In this document: in pieces, positions 53,429 to 63,692 of the stretch
How the letters are laid out: each line of letters opens with the position of its first letter
Position numbering within the stretch: position 1 is the first letter of the stretch
DNA from: a virus
Virus record (IMG/VR): IMGVR_UViG_3300045988_084189
Location: 25,423-89,422 of that record
Direction: 5' to 3' (one strand)
Length of the DNA stretch: 64,000 nt
Translations under genes and position numbers: made by a program
The notes under the pieces: model-generated
Seen by the model: only the letters and a program-made list of their open reading frames with translations
What the model was told of the DNA's origin: nothing
Database searches by the model: none

Positions 53429-53941
53429 ATGATGTTATCAGAAAGAACAAGTGAAGCCCTAGATATTCTAGTTGGGCAGTATTTCCAGTTGAACCGCACG
53501 TTCGATAGGTGCGTATCGTGGATGGAAGTAAAATTTGCCATGCCAAATGCCGCAAATATTATCCATCATAAGCTGGCGCATCTTTGGCCGCTTATGGCCG
53601 ATACTGTAAGCGACTTTAAGCATCAGTGGAATATGACTACATACTATCCTGAGACGCGCGGCGATAAGCGCACATATGATAATCTTGAGCAAATGATGGG
53701 TACTATGCTTAGAGAAACGCTTGATATATATCAAGTTATTAAGCAGACGTATTATATTGCTAAAGAAGAAAAAGATTTTAATGCAAACGCTATGCTACAA
53801 GAGCTTATGCAGGATATGAACAAGGTTGTAGCACAGATTATTCTATTGGATGATAAAGCCAAGCAAATGCCAACGGCATATGATGAATATGACCGTCATA
53901 TTGACAGTTGGGGAATTGTTGGCTTGGAGGATTATCAATGA
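53429..53941 (+). CDS. hypothetical structural-module protein
   Basis: 170 aa ORF. Confidence 0.55.
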   Translation: MMLSERTSEALDILVGQYFQLNRTFDRCVSWMEVKFAMPNAANIIHHKLAHLWPLMADTVSDFKHQWNMTTYYPETRGDKRTYDNLEQMMGTMLRETLDIYQVIKQTYYIAKEEKDFNANAMLQELMQDMNKVVAQIILLDDKAKQMPTAYDEYDRHIDSWGIVGLEDYQ

Positions 53942-54114
53942 TTATCCTTGGAATCCCAAAGAATCCAGAAGATTATTTTATTGCAGATAGCGCCCTAGCA
54001 TGGGAACTAGATAAAGCTGGCTTCTCAGCTAAATACCTAGATGATGACGCGCATTATTATAAGCGCAATGCCAAATTACTAAAATGGCTTAAAAAGAATG
54101 GAATAGAAGGATAA
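53938..54114 (+). CDS. small hypothetical protein
   Basis: ATG 53938 forms an ATGA overlap with the upstream stop. Confidence 0.5.
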   Translation: MIILGIPKNPEDYFIADSALAWELDKAGFSAKYLDDDAHYYKRNAKLLKWLKKNGIEG

Positions 54115-54139
54115 TACGCTAGAAAGGAGGAGTTTATGA

Positions 54140-54559
54140 TTGGAAACAGTCAAGAACATTGCTGCAATTTTAGGAGCAATCCTTTCTTTGTCAGCGGTTA
54201 TCACTCTATGTTGCAAACCTATCAAACTATATATTGCAAACGCTCTAAAAAAATATCAGAACGAACAAGATGATAAATTAAAGCAAAATACCCTTAAAGC
54301 AACGCTCAAGAGGATTGAGAGTAAGCTAGACGCAACCGTAGCATATACAACTGAGGCGTGTCGTGGTGAAATTAAAAATATGTTCTATAGATATATGGAC
54401 ACTAAGACACTACCATATTATGAAAAAATGCACATGTTGCAGATTGAGGATATTTATGTCAATAAGCTGCAAAAGAACCATTACACCAAGGGGCTTATTG
54501 ATGAAATGAAAACGTGGTCTGTTGACTATACTGGTGTTGATTCACAAGATGTCAATTAA
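54140..54559 (+). CDS. membrane-anchored hypothetical protein
   Basis: TTG start lies 7 nt after AAAGGAGGAG. N-terminal helix IAAILGAILSLSAVITLCC. Confidence 0.55.
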   Translation: METVKNIAAILGAILSLSAVITLCCKPIKLYIANALKKYQNEQDDKLKQNTLKATLKRIESKLDATVAYTTEACRGEIKNMFYRYMDTKTLPYYEKMHMLQIEDIYVNKLQKNHYTKGLIDEMKTWSVDYTGVDSQDVN

Positions 54560-54596
54560 CCATAAATTACCATCCTTGAAGAAAGGAGGAAGATAA

Positions 54597-56117
54597 TTGA
54601 AGAAAGATGTAAAATTTCAGCTTGAAGATGCTGTTGAATATCCTGAATGGTGTGATAATTACCCAGAGCATAAATTTACTGTGTTTAAGTGTTGCTTTTT
54701 AAGCACTAAGCCAAATGCACATAAGCTAGATATTAGTGATGATGTATTACGGCGCGACGCTCAATCCATTCTTGGTAATATGCTTGTGGCGAAAATTCAG
54801 AATGGTGATGCGACCACACACCTACCATCAGAAATTCAATATGGCTATTTCCCGCGCGAACAAGAGATTGAGTTTGTTGAGGAAGATGGCATTACCAAAG
54901 CATACGCTTATGCGGTTGTAAGCAAGCACTATAGTAAGGAATTAAACAACATCTTTGAGTTTGATAATCTTCGCAATAGCTCTGTCGAAATGACGGTAAC
55001 AACGGATAAAGATGAAGATGAAGGTAAGGTAGTAGCACTAGATATTTTTGGATTAACTGTACTCGGAAAAGCCATAAACGGCAGTTGCCCTGATGCAGAT
55101 ATCAAAATGGTGCGATTCTCTACTGAGGATGCGGATGCTTATTTTGCTAAATCTGATTCTCTATCTAATCTAAAGCAATTTGTCGAAGAAAGGAAACAAT
55201 TAATGGCTGAAAAGAAAACGTATAAGATTGACAAGTCCAAAGCAGCCATGTCTACGGCTGATTGGGGCGATTACGACAAGGCGACTATGAGAGATAAAAT
55301 CATGGAAGCTAAGAATCGTGATACGCTTGTTAAATCTGTATATCTACTTGTAGAAGATGGTTGGAAAGATGCGCCATCTGAACACCTCAAGTACCCAGTT
55401 ATGATGCTTGATGGTGACAAATTCATCTATAACCGAAACGCTCTATCATCTGCACTAGCATATGCAAAGCAGAATGATGAGACTGAGGTTGTAAATAAAA
55501 TTAAGGCTATCTATAAAAAGTTAGACCTTGATGACGATTCTGAAAGAAAGGAGGAGGCTAAAATGGAAGAGATTAAAGAACTTGCCGCTACCGAGGTTGA
55601 GGCTGAATCCACTCTTGAGGAAAAGAAAGAAGAAATGGCCGAGCCAGAGATTGAGGTTAAGGCTGAAGAACCAAGTTGTGACGATTGCGATGAGCATGAC
55701 CACGATGACGACAAAGATGACGAGCATGAGGAAGAGCATGAGATGTCCGCTGATGATATGAAAGCTCGTATTGCACAGCTTGAAAAAGATATTGAAGATA
55801 GAGACAATATCATCATGGGTCAAAATTCTGAGCTTGAGACGCTACGTCAATTTAAGAAAGACGTAGAGAACAAGGAAAAGGCTATTTCTGTCGAGGCTAT
55901 CATGGCTGAATGCAAGGAATATATGTCTGATGATTGCTATAAGCAGATGCGCGAAGAAGGCATGGCTTGTGAATTTGCGAATGTTGATGCTTGGGCAAAT
56001 AAGGTTAAGGCATATTGTTTCTCTGCTGTAAAGAAAACCACAAAGAAAGAGAAAACCGACGTATTTACTTTCGCGGCTCCTGTTGAAAAGAAGGAGCATA
56101 AAGGTCTATGGGACTAA
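54597..56117 (+). CDS. putative scaffold or prohead-protease-like protein
   Basis: 506 aa ORF with a very acidic coiled-coil segment (EEAKMEEIKEL...DDCDEHDHDDDKDDEHEEEHE). It lies upstream of the capsid gene. Confidence 0.4.
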   Translation: MKKDVKFQLEDAVEYPEWCDNYPEHKFTVFKCCFLSTKPNAHKLDISDDVLRRDAQSILGNMLVAKIQNGDATTHLPSEIQYGYFPREQEIEFVEEDGITKAYAYAVVSKHYSKELNNIFEFDNLRNSSVEMTVTTDKDEDEGKVVALDIFGLTVLGKAINGSCPDADIKMVRFSTEDADAYFAKSDSLSNLKQFVEERKQLMAEKKTYKIDKSKAAMSTADWGDYDKATMRDKIMEAKNRDTLVKSVYLLVEDGWKDAPSEHLKYPVMMLDGDKFIYNRNALSSALAYAKQNDETEVVNKIKAIYKKLDLDDDSERKEEAKMEEIKELAATEVEAESTLEEKKEEMAEPEIEVKAEEPSCDDCDEHDHDDDKDDEHEEEHEMSADDMKARIAQLEKDIEDRDNIIMGQNSELETLRQFKKDVENKEKAISVEAIMAECKEYMSDDCYKQMREEGMACEFANVDAWANKVKAYCFSAVKKTTKKEKTDVFTFAAPVEKKEHKGLWD

Positions 56118-56150
56118 AACTAAAATTGATTAAAAGGAGATAATTATATT

Positions 56151-56669
56151 ATGGCAAATACTCACTCTTTTGTTATCCGCACTCTTGACGATTGGCAGAA
56201 TGATTCCATCAACTGTGCTGGTATTGCTACTGTTGACCTAGATAATGGTCAGTTTGTTACTCGTGGCGCTCTTGGTCTAACCACTGATGGCGGCTATGAA
56301 TTTGCTTGCACGCTACCCCTTGCTAACGCTACCGATCTATGGCTCGTCGAAAAGCCCGCTGTTGGTAATACTATTGAACAGCAGGAAATGAGCGACCCTC
56401 GTTATTTCTATAACCCCAAGGGCACTGCATTCTCCATTAAGGGTCTAACTGCTGGTCGCACTTTCCTTGAAGTTCCTGCTTCTGCGTTTACTACTGCTCC
56501 TACTGATGGCACTTCTAAGTTTGCTACTGTTGATACCAATGGCCGTCTAGTTGCTGCTACTAGTGCCCCTTCTGGTGCTGGCACTTATTTCAGCATTGAG
56601 GCTACCCACAGTGTTGACATTGGTATTGAGTCTGTTAAGACTTGGATTCTCAAGTGCGTCCGTAACTAA
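56151..56669 (+). CDS. hypothetical head-module protein
   Basis: 172 aa ORF with strongly biased (highly expressed-like) codon usage, next to the capsid gene. Confidence 0.5.
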   Translation: MANTHSFVIRTLDDWQNDSINCAGIATVDLDNGQFVTRGALGLTTDGGYEFACTLPLANATDLWLVEKPAVGNTIEQQEMSDPRYFYNPKGTAFSIKGLTAGRTFLEVPASAFTTAPTDGTSKFATVDTNGRLVAATSAPSGAGTYFSIEATHSVDIGIESVKTWILKCVRN

Positions 56670-56704
56670 TTAAATTTAATAAATAAGCAAAGGAGATATA
56701 TATT

Positions 56705-57796
56705 ATGAATCTAAGCAAAGAAATTGTTGCTTTCTCCAATGGCAACACTAAGTTCTATGAGCAGTTCATGGACTATCACTTCCATAAGTCCGATGCTGAA
56801 CAGGGTCGTAAGCTAGGTGCTTATGATGCAACCAAGCCTCTTGCTGAAAAGCATGATGTTGTCAACGCCGCATATTTTGCAGAAGTTGAGCGTCTTTCCA
56901 ACTGCACTCGCAATGCTGAGAATACTGATGCGTGGGCAGCTAATCCTATGGTTCGCTGGGCTAACTTCGCAGTTATTAACGCCCTAGTCAATGCAGTTCT
57001 TCCTGCATATGTTACTGAGTCTCTTGCTCCATTCGTTGATTTCCGTATGGCTGGCATTGGTGACATTGTTAAGGTCAAGGTTATGCCTCGTACCCTTTAC
57101 ACTGTCTCTGCTGGTGGTACTGGTGAGCGCACTACTTTCCGTCAGAAGAAGTATGCTGGTGATGTTGTCATTTCCATGCAGGAGCGCATTATCACCACTT
57201 ACGTTGATATGTATCGCGTGATGGCTGGTAAGGAAGATATTGCCGATTTCGTTCGCGCTATCGTTCTTTCCATTGAGATTGATATGCAGAAGATGGCCGT
57301 TGCCGCTCTTAATGCTGGTCTAGCTGGCGCTTCCTATCCTTCTCAGTTCCTAGAGAATGCTGCATTTGACGCTAAGAAGCTTATTGCTCTAGCACAGCGC
57401 GTTCAGGCTTACAACAATGGTATTAAGCCAATCATCATGGGTACTGCTTCTGCCCTAGCTAACGTCCTACCCGATAGCACTATGGGTTATCGTGGCACTT
57501 ACGACGCTAATGGCGGCTCTGTCCACGTTCTCCGTGACTTCTATGGCTTTGCTCTCTATGAGCTACCCCAGATGCCTACTGGCTCTAACTATGGTCTAGC
57601 TCTTGATGACAACAAGCTATATGTTGTTTCTCCTGTTGGCTCTAAGCTAGTTGTTGGCGCTATGTCTACTACTCTCACCAACAGCAACCAGTTCTATGAG
57701 AATGCTGATCTAACGCAGAACTTTACAATGCGCAAGAACTATGGTTTCGAGTTCGTGGGGGCACAGTACGCTGGATTGTTCACCATCACCGAGTAA
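56705..57796 (+). CDS. major capsid protein (by position, size and codon bias)
   Basis: 363 aa ORF with a strong RBS AAAGGAG. It follows the scaffold-like gene. Confidence 0.6.
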   Translation: MNLSKEIVAFSNGNTKFYEQFMDYHFHKSDAEQGRKLGAYDATKPLAEKHDVVNAAYFAEVERLSNCTRNAENTDAWAANPMVRWANFAVINALVNAVLPAYVTESLAPFVDFRMAGIGDIVKVKVMPRTLYTVSAGGTGERTTFRQKKYAGDVVISMQERIITTYVDMYRVMAGKEDIADFVRAIVLSIEIDMQKMAVAALNAGLAGASYPSQFLENAAFDAKKLIALAQRVQAYNNGIKPIIMGTASALANVLPDSTMGYRGTYDANGGSVHVLRDFYGFALYELPQMPTGSNYGLALDDNKLYVVSPVGSKLVVGAMSTTLTNSNQFYENADLTQNFTMRKNYGFEFVGAQYAGLFTITE

Positions 57797-57803
57797 TTTC
57801 TTA

Positions 57804-57832
57804 TTGACAAAATCGTAATCTCATGATATAAT
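57804..57832 (+). promoter_or_regulatory. sigma-70/sigma-A type promoter (TTGACA-N17-TATAAT)
   Basis: TTGACA at 57804-09, 17 bp, then TATAAT at 57827-32. Confidence 0.75.
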
Positions 57833-57933
57833 ATATAAGAGAGGACAGGGTTTGGCCACCTTTCTAATTGCCGTTACAATTAGATTACTCTCTAATATTT
57901 ATAACAAAATATCTTTGACGGAGGATAATTTGA

Positions 57934-58863
57934 ATGAAAACTAATGCGAAAGATAATGTTTTTAGTGTATATATGCACACTAATACAATAAATGGCAAAA
58001 AGTATGTTGGTATCACATCTAAAGAGCCAACTAGAAGATGGAAAGGTAATGGTTCTGGATATAGAAACAATGAACATTTTTGGAACGCTATACAAAAGTA
58101 TGGTTGGGACAATTTTGAACATGATGTTATATATCAGGGGCTAAATCTTGATGAAGCTAGTTGTATTGAGAAAGAGCTTATTGCTAAATATAATACCAAC
58201 AACCCCAATTTTGGATATAATTTAACTAGCGGAGGAGAATATGGACAAGAACTGTCCGATGAATCCAGACGCAAAATGAGCGATAAGGCTAAAAATAGAG
58301 TAATCACCGAAGAATGGCGACAGCATCTAAGCGAGGCTAGGATTGGACGTGTTCCTTGGAATAAAGGCGCGTCTTTATCGGAGGAACAACGGGCTAAAAT
58401 TTCTGAGTCTGTTAAAGGGCGTAAACATAGCACTTCCAGCATTGAAAAAATGCAAATGAATTGTTATAAAAACAAAGCCGTTGTGCTTGATGGTGTTATT
58501 TATGCTTCTATGGCAGAATGTGTGAGATCTCATCCTGATGAAAATTTGACACAGCTTAGAGCTTGGTTGCGTGGCGAAAATTCTATGCCGGAAGAATATA
58601 AAAATAGGGGTTTATCATATTATGGCGTTAACCATGAATATATAGAGGATACTTCTGTATATGCTGATAAAAGTGTAATATGTGATGGAATAGAATTTAC
58701 ATCTATGATAGAATGTGATAGGTATTATGGATTACCAAGATGTACTACTTCTCATTTATTGCATGGAGATTATAAGATGCCCCAAAAGTTCAAAGATATA
58801 GAGTTACGATATTCAAATAAGAAAAGATATTGGTATAAAGTAATTGAGGATGAGAGCGAATAA
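57934..58863 (+). CDS. free-standing GIY-YIG homing endonuclease
   Basis: VYMHTN..NGKKYVGIT...RRW motif, NUMOD-like repeats, and duplicated C-terminal V(L/I)(D/C)DG..(Y/F).S..EC modules. Confidence 0.85.
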   Translation: MKTNAKDNVFSVYMHTNTINGKKYVGITSKEPTRRWKGNGSGYRNNEHFWNAIQKYGWDNFEHDVIYQGLNLDEASCIEKELIAKYNTNNPNFGYNLTSGGEYGQELSDESRRKMSDKAKNRVITEEWRQHLSEARIGRVPWNKGASLSEEQRAKISESVKGRKHSTSSIEKMQMNCYKNKAVVLDGVIYASMAECVRSHPDENLTQLRAWLRGENSMPEEYKNRGLSYYGVNHEYIEDTSVYADKSVICDGIEFTSMIECDRYYGLPRCTTSHLLHGDYKMPQKFKDIELRYSNKKRYWYKVIEDESE

Positions 58864-58913
58864 CTCTCATCTTTCTCTATTTATAACGGAAATAAGAAAG
58901 GAAAATAAAAGGA

Positions 58914-59567
58914 ATGGCAAATACTACAAACACTAAATCCACTACGACTACCAAGGCAACTAAGCAGACCGAAGCACCTGTTGTTGATGCTGAAAAAGAG
59001 GCATTAAAGGCGCAACTTGCAGAACAGCAGAAGCGCATGGAAGAAATGATGGCACAGATGCAGGTTCTTATGCAAGCACAGTCTCAGGTCAAGACAGATA
59101 CCGCATCTATCGAGGATAAATCTAAGGCACTTAGAAATATTAAGTTCATCAATATGTGTCCGGGTAATATCAATCTGCGCGGTACTCGTATGCACAGAAT
59201 TGAAGGTCAGTACAAGTATAAGATGATTCCAGAGTCAGAGGCGTTTTCTGTCGTAAACAATATGCCAGAAACTGTATCTAGCGGCATGGTATATATTGAT
59301 GACCCAGAATTTGTTCATAAGTGCGACCTAGATGAAATTTATCGACATATTCTTAGTGCGACACAGCTCAAGGAACTACTCAAGCAGAATGTGGTTGATA
59401 TTTGTGAGACATATAAGGGCGCAACTGACCAGCAGAAGCAAATCATTGTAGATACTATTTCTAATATGGTACTTGATGGACATCCGGTTGATGCAAATGT
59501 GCTTGTAAAGATTGGTGAACTTAGTGGTAAAAATCTAATTGATATTGAACCCCTCGAAGAGGAGTGA
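58914..59567 (+). CDS. hypothetical structural protein
   Basis: 217 aa ORF. Confidence 0.55.
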   Translation: MANTTNTKSTTTTKATKQTEAPVVDAEKEALKAQLAEQQKRMEEMMAQMQVLMQAQSQVKTDTASIEDKSKALRNIKFINMCPGNINLRGTRMHRIEGQYKYKMIPESEAFSVVNNMPETVSSGMVYIDDPEFVHKCDLDEIYRHILSATQLKELLKQNVVDICETYKGATDQQKQIIVDTISNMVLDGHPVDANVLVKIGELSGKNLIDIEPLEEE

Positions 59568-59573
59568 TAAATT

Positions 59574-60014
59574 ATGGCAACATCGTTTGATGTTATTGGG
59601 CAAAGAGCATTAAGCGTAATTGATGACTATAAACTGCGCAAGCTATATGACGCAAACATCGAGCTGTTTCACGACAAGATTGATGGGTGGATCGTTAGTT
59701 CAGCCGCAAAGTTTATAGAATGTGAGCAACCTCTAACATACGATTCAGAGCTTAGACAATTTGACGCAGATTTAACAGATTTAGAGATTCAGATTCTTGC
59801 CGAATATTGGGTTATATACTGGTGGCGCGGTGAGACGGACGTAGCAACACAGATTGCGCAAAAACTTAAAGTTCCATCCTCTTTCCAGATGGATGGCGTA
59901 TCCTCGCAGAATTTCAAAGAAAAACAGAACGTCATTGATAAGCTCGAAGAAGATGTAGATAGGCTCATTCACGACAAATACCAGCTCTTATATCTATCCT
60001 CCTATAATTATTAA
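59574..60014 (+). CDS. hypothetical head-tail joining region protein
   Basis: 146 aa ORF. The call is based on position only. Confidence 0.5.
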   Translation: MATSFDVIGQRALSVIDDYKLRKLYDANIELFHDKIDGWIVSSAAKFIECEQPLTYDSELRQFDADLTDLEIQILAEYWVIYWWRGETDVATQIAQKLKVPSSFQMDGVSSQNFKEKQNVIDKLEEDVDRLIHDKYQLLYLSSYNY

Positions 60015-60028
60015 AGAGGGGTGGATAT

Positions 60029-60295
60029 ATGAGTAGAACAGACAAGCAAGATAAAATTCATGCTTTATATAAAGTCCTGTTACTGTTTGAAGATTTAACC
60101 AGTCTTGAGCCAACAATCGAAGAAGCCGACTATACAGCATATTGTGAGCGGCTATCTGTGCGATTTAGGGCGGTTGATGGTGAAATCGCCGATACATTGG
60201 CAGGATTAAGCAAAATGGGGCTTGAGCTTACTCATCCTATTATTCGTTCATGTGTATTGCGCATGACGAACAGGATTGAAAGGATGGGTGATTGA
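60029..60295 (+). CDS. hypothetical protein
   Basis: 88 aa ORF. Confidence 0.5.
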   Translation: MSRTDKQDKIHALYKVLLLFEDLTSLEPTIEEADYTAYCERLSVRFRAVDGEIADTLAGLSKMGLELTHPIIRSCVLRMTNRIERMGD

Positions 60296-60296
60296 T

Positions 60297-61049
60297 ATGG
60301 CATATGAGATGTTTCAATATCAATCAAACCCCAATGATTATTACCGCGATTTGACGCAAGAATATATAAATTCACAATGGGATAACACCTCGGCTAAAAC
60401 GCCTGAGAATGGCGGCGAATTGCTAGAGCAAAATGGAATAGGGTCTAATGAATATAATCCAGTAGAGGCATGGGTTGCGCCTACTGTGGCAACTACATCG
60501 ACCGGACAAAAGGATACTATAGATTTTCTACAACTAATATTTAGAGATATTGACCATTTTGTTGTGCGCGGGCTGTATTACAAGTTCGACAGCAATGTAT
60601 GGATTGTCCATGATTCAGGTAAATTTGATGGCTTGCCCCGTGGCGTTGGTGTGCGCCGTTGCAACAATGTTATGCGGATTAAAGATGAGGTCAATGACGT
60701 AATCTTTAGTGCGCCATGTGTTGTTGACTATGATATGCAATCACCATCAGCACAGGTAAGTACACCCATCATCACGCCAAATAATCATGCTGTTGTTATG
60801 GTTCAGGGTAATGAGGATGTATATAGGCTATTCAAATATAACACACGTTATATATTGGGTGGTAGACCATTCAAACTGTTATCCTATCAGAACGCAATCA
60901 ACGCATACGGTATTGATGAGCCGACATTGCTTATCCTTGAGCTATATCTTGATGAGGCTCATGCCGGTGATGATATTGCGAATCAGCTTGCGGATAATAG
61001 CTCCATTGATTATCCAATGGATGAAAACGTGCCATTTCCAATGGGCTAA
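60297..61049 (+). CDS. hypothetical structural protein
   Basis: Start moved to ATG 60297, just past the upstream stop. Confidence 0.55.
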   Translation: MAYEMFQYQSNPNDYYRDLTQEYINSQWDNTSAKTPENGGELLEQNGIGSNEYNPVEAWVAPTVATTSTGQKDTIDFLQLIFRDIDHFVVRGLYYKFDSNVWIVHDSGKFDGLPRGVGVRRCNNVMRIKDEVNDVIFSAPCVVDYDMQSPSAQVSTPIITPNNHAVVMVQGNEDVYRLFKYNTRYILGGRPFKLLSYQNAINAYGIDEPTLLILELYLDEAHAGDDIANQLADNSSIDYPMDENVPFPMG

Positions 61050-61063
61050 AGGAGGGCGGTTAG

Positions 61064-61642
61064 ATGTATAATTCATTAAGTCGTTTACCGACAATACCAT
61101 ATAATATTATGGTGTATTTAGCAAAATCAACCGACCCTATTGCTGAGATATTTTGGAAGATGTTGGCATATCAGGACTATAAGGCGTTAAGACATGAACC
61201 GCTTACATTTCAACAGAAGATGAAGCTAGTATGGGCGCAAGGCAAGCAGGATACATATAGCGTATTCTTAACCAATCTAATTGAGGATGCTATGGCTGAA
61301 TCTAAGCAGATTGTTAAAATATATCAATATTACATCCATGCCTCAGAGTTATATACTAGCACAGTAGTCTATGCGTTTGATTGTTTGTATGGCGGTCAGA
61401 TGAGCCTAGTTGAATATAACGGCATTCCTGTCAATCGCGGCGATTTGTTCATCCATTGCATCCTTACTCTATTGAATGGAGTAGAAGTTGGTGGCGTAGG
61501 CAAGCTGACATTCTTGGATGATATGAGCCGATATAGCGCGGCACGGTCAACAATTGGCAACAATAAGACCTTCACAGGTGTGCAGTTATACATGGCTGTT
61601 GATGTTGGCGATGCTGGCACAGAGGATGGTTGCCGTGTTTAA
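61064..61642 (+). CDS. hypothetical structural protein
   Basis: 192 aa ORF. Confidence 0.55.
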   Translation: MYNSLSRLPTIPYNIMVYLAKSTDPIAEIFWKMLAYQDYKALRHEPLTFQQKMKLVWAQGKQDTYSVFLTNLIEDAMAESKQIVKIYQYYIHASELYTSTVVYAFDCLYGGQMSLVEYNGIPVNRGDLFIHCILTLLNGVEVGGVGKLTFLDDMSRYSAARSTIGNNKTFTGVQLYMAVDVGDAGTEDGCRV

Positions 61643-62516
61643 TCCGAAGTCGGACTATTATGTCTACAATGAGCTTTACTTTGCTTATGATAAGCCTGTA
61701 CCATATAAATTAAGGAACGGTCATGAGCTTCAGATATATCCTGTAAAATTACAGGATTCTTTAATCTTTTTAACAAGTTGTGACTTGTTGACTATAGATA
61801 AAAATAGTCTTGGCTCTGTTGAGATTATTCAGATGTCTTATCTCAAGTATATCATGCAATATAAGCTAAGTCAAGAGGATGAAGATGCGGCTAAATATGA
61901 GCGACAAAAATTGACAAATATTTGTATCCTTTGTTTCCATATGCAACTGCCATTTATTCTGAATGACGATAGCGGCAAGCCTTTCATTGGTGATGTTGGC
62001 AATAGTGAGGTCAAGATATATGAGAAAGATTTTGAAGATATTCGCCGCATTGTTATGTACCAAAATATACTTGACTATGATGACGAATATATTGACCCGG
62101 ACTTAAAAAAGGCAATTGAAGAAACTAAGGCAATGAGAGCCGCAAAATGTGCGCCGATTTCGACTGAGCGCAAAATCGCTATTGTCGCGGCTCATACCGG
62201 TTATGATAAAGAAAAGCTCTACACTATGACATATCGCAGTTTCAATCTCTTGTTTAATGAGGTATGCGAAGAAGTGGATTTCTTAACGACGCGGCCTATT
62301 GCCTTGTATGCGGGTAAAGCCAAAGACATGGAGCATTGGATTTACAAGAAAAAGAAAGATAAATATAGTGACTATATCATGACGCTTGAGGATTATAATA
62401 AATCCATGGGTGGCGATGGTCAAGTTGCTGATGGTAAAATAAGAGCATCAAAGAATATGCCTACTGATGGGGCGGCTTTAGATGCTATGTATAATATGAA
62501 TACTAACTCAAAATAA
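61626..62516 (+). CDS. hypothetical structural protein
   Basis: Start moved to ATG 61626, giving a short overlap with the upstream gene. Confidence 0.5.
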   Translation: MVAVFNPKSDYYVYNELYFAYDKPVPYKLRNGHELQIYPVKLQDSLIFLTSCDLLTIDKNSLGSVEIIQMSYLKYIMQYKLSQEDEDAAKYERQKLTNICILCFHMQLPFILNDDSGKPFIGDVGNSEVKIYEKDFEDIRRIVMYQNILDYDDEYIDPDLKKAIEETKAMRAAKCAPISTERKIAIVAAHTGYDKEKLYTMTYRSFNLLFNEVCEEVDFLTTRPIALYAGKAKDMEHWIYKKKKDKYSDYIMTLEDYNKSMGGDGQVADGKIRASKNMPTDGAALDAMYNMNTNSK

Positions 62517-62537
62517 CTGAGGAGGAAATGAAAATAT

Positions 62538-63611
62538 ATGGCTAATATTTTTACGGCTGGCCCTGCAAGAGCACTATTCTTCTATGGTCAGCAACTAATT
62601 GGTGTTGGCAAAACACTTTCAGATACCACCTTCGATGCCTCCATCACGGGTGAGGAAGTCCGTGGTGGCCCCGGCAATCTACTCTACGGTAAATATTTCC
62701 ACGATTCCAATCTGAACATTCAGATTACTGACGCAATGTTTAACCTACAGTATGTTGCAGCTTCTCTAGGTGTTGATGTAAATCAGGGTGGCGTTACTCT
62801 GTATGAGTCTCCCAAAGCTGGTGAGACTGTTGCCACAGGCGGTAAGATCACTCTAACTGAGACTGCTGTTGCATTTGATGGTACTATTCTTGCTTGGTAT
62901 AAGAAGCCCGCAGATGATGACTGGACTGTTGCTACTGTTTCTCAGAATGCAATCACTATTCCTAGTGCTAAGAATGGTGACCATTACTGTGTCAAGTATT
63001 TCTATCAGAATATGAACGCTAAGTCTATCACTATCAAGGCTCAGTATGTACCTAAGACTCTGCACCTTGTTCTGATTAACGACCTATACTCTGGCGATGT
63101 CGCTAATGTTGCTGCTTCTACTTCTAAGTATGGTCGTCTCATTACTGATATTCCACAGTATCAGCTAGATGGTTCTCAAAATCTAGCTTGGTCTGCAACT
63201 TCTGCTGCAACCGTTTCTCTAAACGGCTCTGCTCTAGCACTTGATGATGGCGCTTCTTGCGAGGAAGACCCCATCTATGGTACTATGACTCAGGAAATCT
63301 TTGGCGCAAAGTGGCAGGACGATGTCAAGGCTGTTGCTGTTGCTAATGCTGACCTAGAACTAGCCAAGAACGCCACTGAGACTCTACAGGTCTATGCCGT
63401 CTTTGGTGGTGGCGTTGCATCTCGTATGATGGACAATAGCAACTTTAAGTTTGCTGTTGAATCTGGCGCTTCTGCAAGCGTTGCCGAAAATACTGGTGTT
63501 ATTACTGCAACCAGCACTGCTGGCAACACTGTAATTTCTGTAACACTCAATGGCGCAGATGGCCAGCCAACCGATAAGATTGGCTATGCCAACGTTACGG
63601 TTACTGGCTAA
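62538..63611 (+). CDS. putative major tail (tube) protein with a C-terminal Ig-like domain
   Basis: 357 aa ORF with biased codon usage. The C-terminal ...VITATSTAGNTVISVTLNG...ANVTVTG is Big_2-like. A strong terminator follows. Confidence 0.4.
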   Translation: MANIFTAGPARALFFYGQQLIGVGKTLSDTTFDASITGEEVRGGPGNLLYGKYFHDSNLNIQITDAMFNLQYVAASLGVDVNQGGVTLYESPKAGETVATGGKITLTETAVAFDGTILAWYKKPADDDWTVATVSQNAITIPSAKNGDHYCVKYFYQNMNAKSITIKAQYVPKTLHLVLINDLYSGDVANVAASTSKYGRLITDIPQYQLDGSQNLAWSATSAATVSLNGSALALDDGASCEEDPIYGTMTQEIFGAKWQDDVKAVAVANADLELAKNATETLQVYAVFGGGVASRMMDNSNFKFAVESGASASVAENTGVITATSTAGNTVISVTLNGADGQPTDKIGYANVTVTG

Positions 63612-63634
63612 TCACAATTTAATAAACAATAATA

Positions 63635-63658
63635 ATGGGGTAGTTTCGGCTACCCCAT
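63635..63658 (+). terminator. intrinsic terminator
   Basis: AATGGGGTAG-TTTCGG-CTACCCCATT followed by TTATT. Confidence 0.7.
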
Positions 63659-63692
63659 TTTATTACAACTCAATATGAGGAGGTAATAAATC

